Virus record (IMG/VR): IMGVR_UViG_3300012921_000076
Location: 1 to 38,718 of that record
Source of the DNA: a virus
Taxonomy: Duplodnaviria > Caudoviricetes
Direction: 5' to 3' (one strand)
DNA: 38,718 nucleotides
Shown: one piece after another, positions 1 through 8,028 of the stretch
Layout of the letters: each line of letters starts with the position of its first letter
Numbering within the stretch: position 1 is the stretch's first letter
Translations under genes and position numbers: made by a program
The notes under the pieces: model-generated
Seen by the model: the letters and a program-made list of their open reading frames with translations, nothing else
Databases searched by the model: none
What the model was told of the DNA's origin: nothing

Positions 1-261
1 ATGGACAAAGAGCACGCCCTGGACTTCGAGCTCAGGTTGAAAGCACTCGAGCATGTCGTAGCAGCGCTGTTTGCCGACCTGATCAAACGCGGATCGTATC
101 GATCAGAGGAACTCCATTCGCTCCGAACTGCGGTTGATGCCGAGCTTTCGAAGGAAACATATGGGGAGCTCGGCGCAGAATGGTCCGATCATGTGGGCGA
201 TGAACTCCATCGACGTGCGACCGAGTTGCTCGACCACATCCGCAAGCTGGCGCTTCGGTGA
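1..261 (+). CDS. Hypothetical small helical protein
   Basis: 86-aa ORF with protein-like composition; no recognised motif. Confidence 0.6.
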   Translation: MDKEHALDFELRLKALEHVVAALFADLIKRGSYRSEELHSLRTAVDAELSKETYGELGAEWSDHVGDELHRRATELLDHIRKLALR

Positions 262-317
262 GCCCGCATGCACGACCTGGCCACCTTGCCCGCAGCCAGG
301 GCACCCCATATTGCGCG

Positions 318-1064
318 TCAGCCCAGCTTCTCCCCATCCAGCACAGCAAGGGCGTCCTTCGCGATGGCTTCGGCCAACCACCCAGGGCTTGAGAACGGGC
401 CGCTCGCGGCGGCGGCTTCCTGATACGCTATGAAGGCATGCGCCTTCATCCAGAGACCTCGCTCGGTCCGCGCCGCTTGATCGACCAGCGCCTGAACGGC
501 CGCCATTACCTTCGCGGCTTCATGCCCGACCTTGTTATCGGCTGCGGTGAAGCCGCTCGCGTCGCGTGCGACTTGCTTCGCTGCCTCGTATTCTTCCGCA
601 TAGAAGTAGATCGGCAGCCATTCGGTGGGGTGAAGGACACCGTCGACCCTGCGATGGGTTCCAGCCATCCGGCGGGTGGTCAGCACAAAGCGGCCGCGGC
701 GGCTGGCTGGGTCGCTGGGCTCGACCGGCATTTCAGGCCCATCCTCGTAGTCAACGCTTGGGCCGAAGTCTTTGCGCACGATGTCGGGGGGCGGCTCAGG
801 CGCGATCTGCATGTAGGCCTCTCGGGCTTCCACGCGCCTGGCCAGGGCATCGTGAAATGAGCGCTGCGCTTCGACGATCGCAGCATGAAGGCGGAGCAGA
901 TCGGGGTTTTCGCCTTGGGCGGTGCCAGCCTCGGCAACTGCCGGCGCGGCGCCGACGATCGCGACGGCGCTGCCGGCGGCGGTGTTGCGGAGAAACTGGC
1001 GTCGAGACAAAGCCGGCGCGGTAACCATGTCGCTAGCTTCTCGGCTGTCTTTGAGCGTTTGCAT
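318..1064 (-). CDS. Hypothetical protein with twin-arginine-like N-terminal motif
   Basis: LSRRQFLRNTAAGSAVAIVGAAPAVAEA followed by a helical region; divergent from an HTH gene. Confidence 0.7.
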   Translation of the reverse strand: MQTLKDSREASDMVTAPALSRRQFLRNTAAGSAVAIVGAAPAVAEAGTAQGENPDLLRLHAAIVEAQRSFHDALARRVEAREAYMQIAPEPPPDIVRKDFGPSVDYEDGPEMPVEPSDPASRRGRFVLTTRRMAGTHRRVDGVLHPTEWLPIYFYAEEYEAAKQVARDASGFTAADNKVGHEAAKVMAAVQALVDQAARTERGLWMKAHAFIAYQEAAAASGPFSSPGWLAEAIAKDALAVLDGEKLG

Positions 1065-1088
1065 GGGCTGGCTCTTTCATAAATCGGC

Positions 1089-1156
1089 AATACATTGTAT
1101 CTATATCGTTGCCTTGTATCTGTCAATACCACGTATCGATAAAGGTACAATGTATT
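1089..1156. promoter_or_regulatory. Pair of palindromic operator-like sites in an AT-rich divergent promoter region
   Basis: AATACATTGTA (1089-1099) and its exact reverse complement TACAATGTATT (1146-1156), each internally palindromic. Confidence 0.6.
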
Positions 1157-1157
1157 T

Positions 1158-1391
1158 ATGACGCCATTGCAAGCAAGGGCGGCGCGCGCGCTGCTGAAGT
1201 GGGGAGTTCGGGACGTCGCAGAGCGTGCAAAGGTCACGCCGAACACGGTCAGCCGGCTTGAACAGGACGAGCCAGGCCCGAGGGGGCCGCAGCCGGTGAC
1301 AGTCGACGCGGTGCGACGGGTCTACGAAGAAGCAGGCGTCGAGTTCATCGACGCCGACGGCGTTCGCCTGAAGCCGTCAAAGCGTTCTTGA
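1158..1391 (+). CDS. XRE/Cro-C1 family HTH transcriptional regulator
   Basis: MTPLQARAARALLKWGVRDVAERAKVTPNTVSRLE...YEEAGVEFI, typical alphaproteobacterial XRE protein. Confidence 0.88.
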   Translation: MTPLQARAARALLKWGVRDVAERAKVTPNTVSRLEQDEPGPRGPQPVTVDAVRRVYEEAGVEFIDADGVRLKPSKRS

Positions 1392-1701
1392 TGGTCACAG
1401 ACCTCCGCGATTCCATGCGCGGTTTCGAATTCGCTCTGCGGCGATCGCCGGGTCGCTGATAGCCTTCCCCTGGCCCTGCAGGTTTCACGTACCCGGTTCT
1501 CCGGTCGATCCAGCGGTCGACGGCCTCAAGCAGGTAGGTCTGCAAAATCGGCTCTGGCTTTGGGAACCCGGCGGCCTCGAGTTCGGCGCGCTTCTCAGCG
1601 AACACGCTCGGCGTGACCCCGAGCCGCCGCGCAATCTTTTTCATCGAAACCATTCGAGGCGTCATCGTCCACATGATGTCCGATCGCGGGCTGCTCGACA
1701 T
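1345..1701 (-). CDS. AlpA/excisionase-like DNA-binding protein
   Basis: KKIARRLGVTPSVF...AGFPKPEP...YLLEAVDRWIDRR winged-HTH pattern; AAGGAG RBS before ATG 1701. Confidence 0.65.
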   Translation of the reverse strand: MSSSPRSDIMWTMTPRMVSMKKIARRLGVTPSVFAEKRAELEAAGFPKPEPILQTYLLEAVDRWIDRRTGYVKPAGPGEGYQRPGDRRRANSKPRMESRRSVTIKNALTASGERRRRR

Positions 1702-1794
1702 CTTGGGTCTCCTTGCATCTCGATTACCGCTATCCACAGGAACGGCAGGACGTCGCGTGTTGCAGACTGCCGCCTGATCGCGGCTCGATAGGGC

Positions 1795-2037
1795 ATGAGC
1801 AGAAAAGCCGCCAGGATCACTTACGACGAAGTCACCCGGATGGTGAAGGCCGTCCGGGATCTCGGCTTACCGATCAACCGCATCGTCTTCGACGGGCACC
1901 GAGTGTCTGTTGTGATAGGGCCGGCCTCGCCGCCTTCCAATGATGGCGATGCATACCTCGATGCCGAGTTGGCGGCATGGGAGGCAAGACAAAGCGCACG
2001 CGATGCGAGACCTCTGTTCCGTGAGCCGAAACTATGA
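1795..2037 (+). CDS. Small protein of the type usually found directly upstream of integrases
   Basis: MSRKAARITYDEVTRMVKAVRDLGLPINRIVFDG...LDAELAAWEAR; ATGA-coupled to the next gene. Confidence 0.65.
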   Translation: MSRKAARITYDEVTRMVKAVRDLGLPINRIVFDGHRVSVVIGPASPPSNDGDAYLDAELAAWEARQSARDARPLFREPKL

Positions 2038-2279
2038 GCAGGCCGGCCGTTATCCCAATGGGCAGCTGGCCCGCGCGCATGTCGCCGGAGCTCGCCGCCG
2101 GCTACGTGGGCGAGCGGACCGCCGAGGCCTTCCTGCGCCGAGTCGGAACGGAGTATCCGCAGCCCGTCGTCGATGAGGGCAGCGGCAAGGGCCGCAGGCG
2201 CCTTTGGCTGAAGCAAGACCTGGATCGAAAGCTCGGCATCCTCGATGACGGCAGAGATCCACCACTGGCTGATTTTTGA
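2034..2279 (+). CDS. Excisionase-like protein
   Basis: WPARMSPELAAGYVGE...FLRRVG..YPQP...RRLWLKQDLDR pattern of MerR/AlpA-like recombination directionality factors. Confidence 0.7.
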   Translation: MSRPAVIPMGSWPARMSPELAAGYVGERTAEAFLRRVGTEYPQPVVDEGSGKGRRRLWLKQDLDRKLGILDDGRDPPLADF

Positions 2280-2289
2280 GGCGCCGCCG

Positions 2290-2580
2290 ATGACGCAGAA
2301 CGACTCCGCGCCTCGCGTCTACACGCCGGCCATGCTCGCCGAGCGCTGGCAGTGCTCCGAGCGGCATGTCCACAACCTGATTGCCACCGGCGTCCTGCCG
2401 TCCTTCCGGCTCGGCGCGAAGCTGGTGCGAATTCGCACCGAGGACGTCGACGCCTTCGAACGTCAACCTTGCTCCCCACGGTCATCTTCGAATGTAACAG
2501 GAACCGTGGTCGATGTCAGGTCGGACCCAGTGGCGCGCGCGAGGCTCAGCGGCTTGCGTCGGCGATCCACGCGGACCTGA
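2290..2580 (+). CDS. HTH_17 excisionase-family protein
   Basis: YTPAMLAERWQCSERHVHNLIATGVLPSFRLGAKLVRIRTEDVDAFE. Confidence 0.85.
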   Translation: MTQNDSAPRVYTPAMLAERWQCSERHVHNLIATGVLPSFRLGAKLVRIRTEDVDAFERQPCSPRSSSNVTGTVVDVRSDPVARARLSGLRRRSTRT

Positions 2581-2591
2581 GCCCTCAAGCG

Positions 2592-2870
2592 TCATTCCAA
2601 CGCCGCCCGCAATGCCGAGCTATCGGACTGGCCTGGCAACGTGATCGCTATGGTGACACGCCAAGAACCGCACATCGGGCACCGTAGCTTCCGCTTCAGG
2701 TCGGCGAGCTCGCACCGCCGACCGCGTGTCAGCATGAGCGTCATCAGATCAGGCTCGATCCGAAAACCGCACTCTCTGATCGATTTCAGCCCTTCCCGAC
2801 CTCCCCATGCGCAGCGCACATGAATGCGACCGCCGGCGCGGTACAGATCGTGCAGCGTCTCGATCGCCAC
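2592..2870 (-). CDS. Small Cys-rich putative zinc-ribbon protein
   Basis: VRC...ECG...LRCPMCGS motif; GTG start just after the upstream stop. Confidence 0.72.
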   Translation of the reverse strand: MAIETLHDLYRAGGRIHVRCAWGGREGLKSIRECGFRIEPDLMTLMLTRGRRCELADLKRKLRCPMCGSWRVTIAITLPGQSDSSALRAALE

Positions 2871-2876
2871 CGTCGG

Positions 2877-3107
2877 TCAGGTGAGCACCTGGCCGCGCGG
2901 CCGCTCCCAATCGGGCGACCGGTCGTTGAGCACGTTGACGGCTCGCTTCAGCGCGACGCGCAACTCGCCGAGGGCTTCGTAATGGGCGTTGAACGGCACG
3001 AGCCACGCCTCGCCCTGGGCGATGTGGCTTTCCAGTCGCGAAACGTCGTTCTCGATCTCATCGAGGATGCGAGCGTTGATTTTTTCATAGCGCTTGGTGC
3101 GCGGCAT
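2877..3107 (-). CDS. Hypothetical protein
   Basis: 76-aa helical ORF with GGAG RBS; in an operon with the zinc-ribbon gene. Confidence 0.7.
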   Translation of the reverse strand: MPRTKRYEKINARILDEIENDVSRLESHIAQGEAWLVPFNAHYEALGELRVALKRAVNVLNDRSPDWERPRGQVLT

Positions 3108-3197
3108 CGTGGCGAAACTCCATCCCCGAGGTTGATGGTGATCGCCGCCCCTGACGCCGATTTATGCCGGAGCGAGCCCCGGGAGTCGAGGTGCTCC

Positions 3198-3226
3198 TTG
3201 ACACATTTGTTCCTTTTTTGTTCACT
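3198..3226. promoter_or_regulatory. Alphaproteobacterial LexA (SOS) box overlapping a sigma70-like promoter
   Basis: GTTC-CTTTTTT-GTTC (3209-3223) matches GTTC-N7-GTTC; TTGACA at 3198-3203, 17-bp spacer, TTCACT at 3221-3226. Confidence 0.8.
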
Positions 3227-3257
3227 GTCGGTCCGGTGAGTGTCAGTAGGTGTGTCA

Positions 3258-3848
3258 GTGATCAAAATCTCGGTGCCAACGGCCAACCCGGCAGAGCTTC
3301 AGCGTGGCCTCGAAGCGGCTGCGGCAGTGTTCAAGGAAAGAAACGTCGACCCGCGCGACGGCGCCGACGGGCTCTTTGCCCTGGAGGGGTATGACCTCTC
3401 CGGTTTCGATCCCACGGACGCGCCAAGCGACGCGGAATGGGCAGCTATCGAGGCCTGGCAGCGGGCCGGCGAGGCCGCGCTTGAGGCGGTCTGCCGAGAT
3501 TGGAGCGCTGACCGCAAGCGACCCGATTCAGCGCGGCTGCAGGTGATCATCCACGAAGCCCAGACAGTCGACCGCGCGACGGCTTTGACGCGGCTGCGGG
3601 CACTGGCGGGAGCGGAAGCCGGTAGAAGGGAATTCGGGGAGCCGACCCATGCAATGTTGGCGGACGTGGTTGCTGACGACCTCGAAGACCGTGACGTCGC
3701 CTTCGAACTCGTCGCGGCCGTGACGATCGCTTACACCACACTGTCGCTGTCGCAGTTTCATCCCGACGAGCCGATCGAGCCTAAGAGGCAGGCACTGCGT
3801 GACGCGATCGATCAGCTCGAGGTGGGGACGGCGGCCCTGCTCTCATGA
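3258..3848 (+). CDS. Hypothetical acidic protein
   Basis: ~200-aa ORF, GTG start uncertain (3240 or 3258); ATGA-coupled to the next gene. Confidence 0.7.
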   Translation: MIKISVPTANPAELQRGLEAAAAVFKERNVDPRDGADGLFALEGYDLSGFDPTDAPSDAEWAAIEAWQRAGEAALEAVCRDWSADRKRPDSARLQVIIHEAQTVDRATALTRLRALAGAEAGRREFGEPTHAMLADVVADDLEDRDVAFELVAAVTIAYTTLSLSQFHPDEPIEPKRQALRDAIDQLEVGTAALLS

Positions 3849-4114
3849 AGACGGTCAGCCTTTTGCCCGAGCGCAAGGTCGTCCCGAAGCTCATCGTCGT
3901 GGCAGCTTTCGACCGCGACGAGGAAGGTGAGTTGCAGGCCGCGTACGGCCCCGCGGAGTCGATCAGCGAGGAACGTGCAATCCGGACCGCCATGGCGCTG
4001 GCATCGAAGCATGCCGGCGCCATTGCCTGGTCGCGTGACGCCAACCCGTCGATCGGAGAGTACGGCCCGCCGAAGACGCTCTACGTTCGAGGTGACGTGC
4101 CCGACATGGAGTAG
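3845..4114 (+). CDS. Hypothetical small protein
   Basis: KLIVVAAFDRDEEGEL...AIAWSRDANPSIGEYGPP...GDVP; resembles small rhizobial proteins I associate with SOS cassettes. Confidence 0.75.
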   Translation: MKTVSLLPERKVVPKLIVVAAFDRDEEGELQAAYGPAESISEERAIRTAMALASKHAGAIAWSRDANPSIGEYGPPKTLYVRGDVPDME

Positions 4115-4152
4115 GCGAATTTACAGCTGACGACCGACTGAGAGCGGGCACA

Positions 4153-4428
4153 TCAGTCCTGTTTCCCGCCGGGGATTACACTCAGATTCGGTTCCACAGG
4201 CTCGCCGGGGCCAAAGCCGCCGATGAACATTCTGAACCAAAGGGCAACCTCGACGAGCTGGGGTTGGATTTCGGCCTTTTCCTCCATGCTGGCGGCAAGC
4301 TCCTCAATCATCGCATCCCAATTTTTCCGCGTGACGATATCGTCCTTTACCAGCAGCTCGATGATCAGCTTTATCGCTGTCTGGTTGGCCGCGAGCCTAG
4401 CTTCGAGCTTCTTCAAGTCACTTGTCAT
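4153..4428 (-). CDS. Hypothetical protein (lower GC)
   Basis: ~91-aa ORF downstream of the RHH gene; ends in LSVIPGGK. Confidence 0.65.
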   Translation of the reverse strand: MTSDLKKLEARLAANQTAIKLIIELLVKDDIVTRKNWDAMIEELAASMEEKAEIQPQLVEVALWFRMFIGGFGPGEPVEPNLSVIPGGKQD

Positions 4429-4452
4429 GGCCACGCCCCATTTGTGAATTGG

Positions 4453-4638
4453 TCACCGACGCGGTTGCCCAGTCCCCTCGGCCTCACGCCGCTCGAGTTC
4501 GTGCTCGATCGCATCGCGGATAAAGATCGCCATCTTGTTGGGGCCGACTAGGGCTTCGATGCGATCGCGTACGTCCTTCGTCAGCCGGACGCCGGTCATC
4601 TTCGTTTCTGAATCCTTGCTCAGCGGTGGGCGCCCCAT
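4453..4638 (-). CDS. Ribbon-helix-helix DNA-binding regulator
   Basis: MGRPPL...TGVRLTKDVRDRIEALVGPNKMAIFIRDAIEHELERRE. Confidence 0.8.
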   Translation of the reverse strand: MGRPPLSKDSETKMTGVRLTKDVRDRIEALVGPNKMAIFIRDAIEHELERREAEGTGQPRR

Positions 4639-4691
4639 CCGCCGAGCATTATCCGCGGTGCTGGTTGCTGTCAAAAACACGTCTCCCGAAT

Positions 4692-4753
4692 TAACCGATA
4701 CCGGTTATTGACACGTATAAGCGATAACGCTTACATGTAAGCGATAACGGTTA
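4692..4753 (+). promoter_or_regulatory. Three 16-bp palindromic operators around a sigma70 promoter
   Basis: TAACCGATACCGGTTA (4692-4707), TAAGCGATAACGCTTA (4718-4733), TAAGCGATAACGGTTA (4738-4753); TTGACA at 4708-4713, 17 bp, TTACAT. Confidence 0.85.
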
Positions 4754-4767
4754 TGGGAGCAAGGGCA

Positions 4768-5124
4768 ATGACCGCGCACGCGTACTTCACCACCTTTGCC
4801 AACCTGGCGAAGGTCCTTTCAGGCAACCCGGAACCGCGCATCGGCGACGTATGCGCTTGGCGGCAGCGCCAGCCCGACAACCCCTACCCGCACTTCGCCT
4901 GGGCGCTGCAGTCGTTCGTGCGCGCCGATGCGATGACGTCCGTCCGAGAGGCCAAGGAATGGCTCCTGAAGCGTCTGAAGCTGGAGGAGTCGAAGCGCGA
5001 CGGCACGTTCGATCTCTGCCGCGGTGGCGAACCGCATTGGTCCTACAGCCCGAACGATGTGTTCTCCCTGCGCAGCCTGCTGGCGCTGATCGAGCGCTTC
5101 GAAGCCGACGAGGTCGGCCGATGA
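4768..5124 (+). CDS. Hypothetical phage early protein
   Basis: GGGAG RBS; ATGA-coupled to the ERF gene. Confidence 0.65.
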   Translation: MTAHAYFTTFANLAKVLSGNPEPRIGDVCAWRQRQPDNPYPHFAWALQSFVRADAMTSVREAKEWLLKRLKLEESKRDGTFDLCRGGEPHWSYSPNDVFSLRSLLALIERFEADEVGR

Positions 5125-5891
5125 ACAAGACCGTCCGCAACGCCGTCGAGCGAGTCGACGTGCAGCCCGTTTCGGCCGAGGCCGAACTGTTCGCCATGGT
5201 CGAGCGCGCAGCGCGCGACACGACGGTCGACGTCGAGAAGATGAAGCAGTTGCTGGAGATGCGCGAACGCGAGCTTGCCCGTCTGGCAAAGGTTGCTTTC
5301 AACGGGGCGATGGCGGCCGCGCAGAAGGCCATGCCGCGAGTGCTCAAGACGCTGATGAACGAGGCCACCAAGTCGTTCTATGCGCCCTATGACGCGATCA
5401 GCGAGGCCATGCAGCCGGTCATCACTGAGAACGGTTTCGCGCTGATGTTCGGCGAGGCCGATTCGCCGAAGCCGAATCATGTCCGGATCACCTGCGACGT
5501 GCTGCATGTTGCCGGCCACGCCAAGGCGTATCACGCCGACGTGCCGATCGACGCCGCAGGCCTGCGAGGGAACGCCAACAAGACGCCCACGCATGCCTTC
5601 TCGTCGACCGTGAGCTACGGCCGGCGGAACCTGAAGCTGATGATCTTCGACGTGGCCATGAAGGAAGCGGCGCCGGCGGTCACTGTGTCCGGAAACAGCG
5701 AGAGCGGCCCGATTTCGGCCGAGCAGGCCAACGCCATCCGCGCCCTGCTGAAGTCGACGGGAACGACCGTCGGGCGGCTCTGCACCTGGCTGAAGGTCGA
5801 GGCCCTGCCTGATATCCCGGCTTCGCAATATGAGCGGGTGATCAACGCCCTGAACAACGCCGGCCGGGAGCTGAAGCAGGCGCGCAAATGA
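5121..5891 (+). CDS. ERF-family ssDNA annealing protein
   Basis: AFNGAMAAAQKAMPRV...YAPYDAI..AMQPVITENGF...H.AGH...SSTVSYGRR; next to an exonuclease. Confidence 0.85.
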   Translation: MNKTVRNAVERVDVQPVSAEAELFAMVERAARDTTVDVEKMKQLLEMRERELARLAKVAFNGAMAAAQKAMPRVLKTLMNEATKSFYAPYDAISEAMQPVITENGFALMFGEADSPKPNHVRITCDVLHVAGHAKAYHADVPIDAAGLRGNANKTPTHAFSSTVSYGRRNLKLMIFDVAMKEAAPAVTVSGNSESGPISAEQANAIRALLKSTGTTVGRLCTWLKVEALPDIPASQYERVINALNNAGRELKQARK

Positions 5892-6541
5892 TGCAGATCG
5901 TCGATTGCGTGCAAGGTTCGCCGGAGTGGATACGCGCCCGCATGGGCCGCCCGACGGCATCGCAGTTCGCGGCGGTGCTGGCGAAGGGCGAGGAAGGCAA
6001 GACGCGCCGGACCTACATGCTGAAGCTGGCGGGCGAAATCCTGACGGGCGAGCCGGCCGACTGGTATTCCAACCGCCACATGGAGCGCGGCCGGGAAATG
6101 GAGCCGGAGGCGCGCGCTTATTACGCCATGGTGCGGAACGTGGATCCTCAGCTTGTCGGGTTCGTCATCAACGGTCCGGCCGGCTGCAGCCCCGACGGCT
6201 GGATTGGCAAGAAGGGTGTGCTGCAGATCAAGACCGCCGCGCCGCATGTGCTGATCGAGAAGCTGATCGCCGACCAATTCCCGCTCGAGCACAAGGCGCA
6301 GTGCCAGGGCGAGCTATGGGTGTCGGAACGGGAGTGGGTTGACCTGCTCGTCTACTGGCCGACGCTGCCGCCGCTGCTGAAGCGGGTCGTGCGCGACGAG
6401 GCGTTTATTGCCAAGCTCGAGGCGGCCGTGAAGGCCTTCGCCGAGGAACTTGCCGAACTGGTAGACCGCATCCGCGCCCTGACCGATCCGGGCATGCTTC
6501 GCCGCCAGTTGACGCAAAGCTTGGCGCTGGCGGACAGTTGA
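5888..6541 (+). CDS. YqaJ/lambda-exonuclease family recombination nuclease
   Basis: QGSPEWIRARMGRPTAS, MERGREMEPEAR, GCSPDG, QIK, AQCQGELWV. Confidence 0.92.
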   Translation: MMQIVDCVQGSPEWIRARMGRPTASQFAAVLAKGEEGKTRRTYMLKLAGEILTGEPADWYSNRHMERGREMEPEARAYYAMVRNVDPQLVGFVINGPAGCSPDGWIGKKGVLQIKTAAPHVLIEKLIADQFPLEHKAQCQGELWVSEREWVDLLVYWPTLPPLLKRVVRDEAFIAKLEAAVKAFAEELAELVDRIRALTDPGMLRRQLTQSLALADS

Positions 6542-6544
6542 TTG

Positions 6545-6916
6545 ATGAACGGCATCATCCTCGCCTGCCTGGCCATCGTAGCCCACGACGGCGATTCGCC
6601 GCTCTGTGACGGTATTCTGCTGCGCGACATGGGGCCGGGCAAACCCTTCGTCTCGGGCTTCGACACCCCCGAGATCGAGAGGGCAAGGTGCGACCGGGAA
6701 CGCATGCTGGGCGAGGCAGCGAGGGATCGCTACCAACAGCTGCTCGACCGCCCCGGCACATACGTCGTTGATAGCGGGAAGCGAGATCAATTCGATCGAC
6801 CGCTTGTGTGGGTGCTACTCTCTGACAGAACCCCGGCGGGAACGATCCTGCTGAAAGAATGGCATGCAGTGCCGTGGCCAAACGACAAAGATTGGTGCGA
6901 TGAGCAGAGACGATGA
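6545..6916 (+). CDS. Thermonuclease (SNase-like) family protein
   Basis: HDGDS...GFDTPE...C..E..LGEAAR...DQFDRPL. Confidence 0.8.
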   Translation: MNGIILACLAIVAHDGDSPLCDGILLRDMGPGKPFVSGFDTPEIERARCDRERMLGEAARDRYQQLLDRPGTYVVDSGKRDQFDRPLVWVLLSDRTPAGTILLKEWHAVPWPNDKDWCDEQRR

Positions 6917-7079
6917 CTGGCGCCGCGTGAGCGAAATGGCGGGCCTCGACGAGCACGAGGGCATCCTGCCACCCGACGCGTCCCAGAAGCTCAGCCGGGA
7001 GCCGGCGGCCTGGTGGAAGACTGGCGCCAGCCGTGCCGCGAAACCGGACACGGTGTCCGAAAACAAAAAAGCCCGCTGA
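6900..7079 (+). CDS. Hypothetical small protein
   Basis: 59-aa ORF overlapping the nuclease 3' end and running into the terminator. Confidence 0.4.
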   Translation: MSRDDDWRRVSEMAGLDEHEGILPPDASQKLSREPAAWWKTGASRAAKPDTVSENKKAR

Positions 7080-7096
7080 CCGTTCCGCCAGCGGGC
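7061..7096 (-). terminator. Intrinsic terminator of the late/lysis operon
   Basis: Minus strand GCCCGCTG-10nt-CAGCGGGC followed by TTTTTTGTTT, at the junction of convergent operons. Confidence 0.85.
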
Positions 7097-7146
7097 ACGA
7101 GGTGATGCTTGGGAGGCGCCCGGTTATGCCGCCGGGCTCGGTTTCG

Positions 7147-7473
7147 CTATTCCTCGCGCTTCGGCGCGAACCGGCGCCAGATCAGCTCGAACACGAAGTC
7201 GCTGAGCCACATGGCGCAGGTGCCGATCAGGAAGGCGGCGGCGAGCACGGTTTGCGCGTCATCGTCCGGCATCGGCAGGCCAAGCAGCTTGCCGTAGTGG
7301 ATCGTCGGCAGGGTGAGATAGGCGGCCGCCAGGGCACCGCAGATCGGTGCGGCGATCGCCTCTCGGAACTTGAACTGCTTGCGCGAGAGCGAGCGCAGCA
7401 CGCCGCCCAGGCCGCCGGCAACGAAGACCTCCGGGTTGACGCCGATCGATTGGAGCAATTCGCCGAGGGTCAC
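7147..7473 (-). CDS. Holin-like membrane protein
   Basis: Three hydrophobic segments, basic C-terminus, GTGA coupling to the Rz1-like gene. Confidence 0.7.
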   Translation of the reverse strand: MTLGELLQSIGVNPEVFVAGGLGGVLRSLSRKQFKFREAIAAPICGALAAAYLTLPTIHYGKLLGLPMPDDDAQTVLAAAFLIGTCAMWLSDFVFELIWRRFAPKREE

Positions 7474-7673
7474 TGCTTCCACCCGCACCAAGCGGCGCCT
7501 TTGCGATTGTGAGCGTTGATTTCGTCGATCTCAGCTCGCGGTGTCTCCGGGGTCGCGTCCCGGCGCGGCTCGTTGTGCCGGCACCAGATCAATCGTGGAT
7601 CTTCGAAAGGTGCCGGCGTGACGCAGCCGGCGAGCACCGCCAGCGTCGCGACCAGGATCAGCGCTTTGCCCAT
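7470..7673 (-). CDS. Rz1-like outer-membrane spanin lipoprotein
   Basis: Signal peptide with lipobox LAGC; overlaps the Rz-like gene. Confidence 0.8.
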   Translation of the reverse strand: MGKALILVATLAVLAGCVTPAPFEDPRLIWCRHNEPRRDATPETPRAEIDEINAHNRKGAAWCGWKQ

Positions 7674-7975
7674 TTCAAGGCCTCCTCACGTGCCGCGGCG
7701 TCGGACTGATCCTTGACCGCCTTTTCGATGTCGCTGGCCTCACGGTCCATTTCGTGAAGCTCCTGTTCGGCCTTACGCCGCTCACGCTCGCGCTGAGCCT
7801 CAGCGGCCGTGCTGCCTGCCTTCCGGCCTGCGCGGTAGACGAACGCCAGCGCGACGGCTGCAGCGGCCGCCAGCAGCCCGCGCAGGCCAAGGAAACGCCA
7901 TGCAGCGAAAAGGGCTCCTGCGGCCAGCGGAGCCCATATCCACCACGGGATGAAGTCGAGGAGCCAACCGAGCAT
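7658..7975 (-). CDS. Rz-like inner-membrane spanin
   Basis: N-terminal hydrophobic segments followed by a charged coiled coil. Confidence 0.75.
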   Translation of the reverse strand: MLGWLLDFIPWWIWAPLAAGALFAAWRFLGLRGLLAAAAAVALAFVYRAGRKAGSTAAEAQRERERRKAEQELHEMDREASDIEKAVKDQSDAAAREEALKWAKR

Positions 7976-8028
7976 GACGGCACTCCGGGAAAGGGGGTGC
8001 CCGGCAACCGGCCGGGCGCGGTGCCTTG

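Noticed and set aside
1730-1738. DnaA-box-like CTATCCACA
   Set aside because: Single copy with a mismatch; insufficient support
3240-3259. Direct repeat GTGTCAGT x2
   Set aside because: Short, two copies, no assignable function
4851-5120. N-terminal extension of the ERF ORF, and similar extensions of the Rz, Gp49 and 26616 ORFs
   Set aside because: Overlap neighbouring genes; better coupled starts with RBS exist downstream
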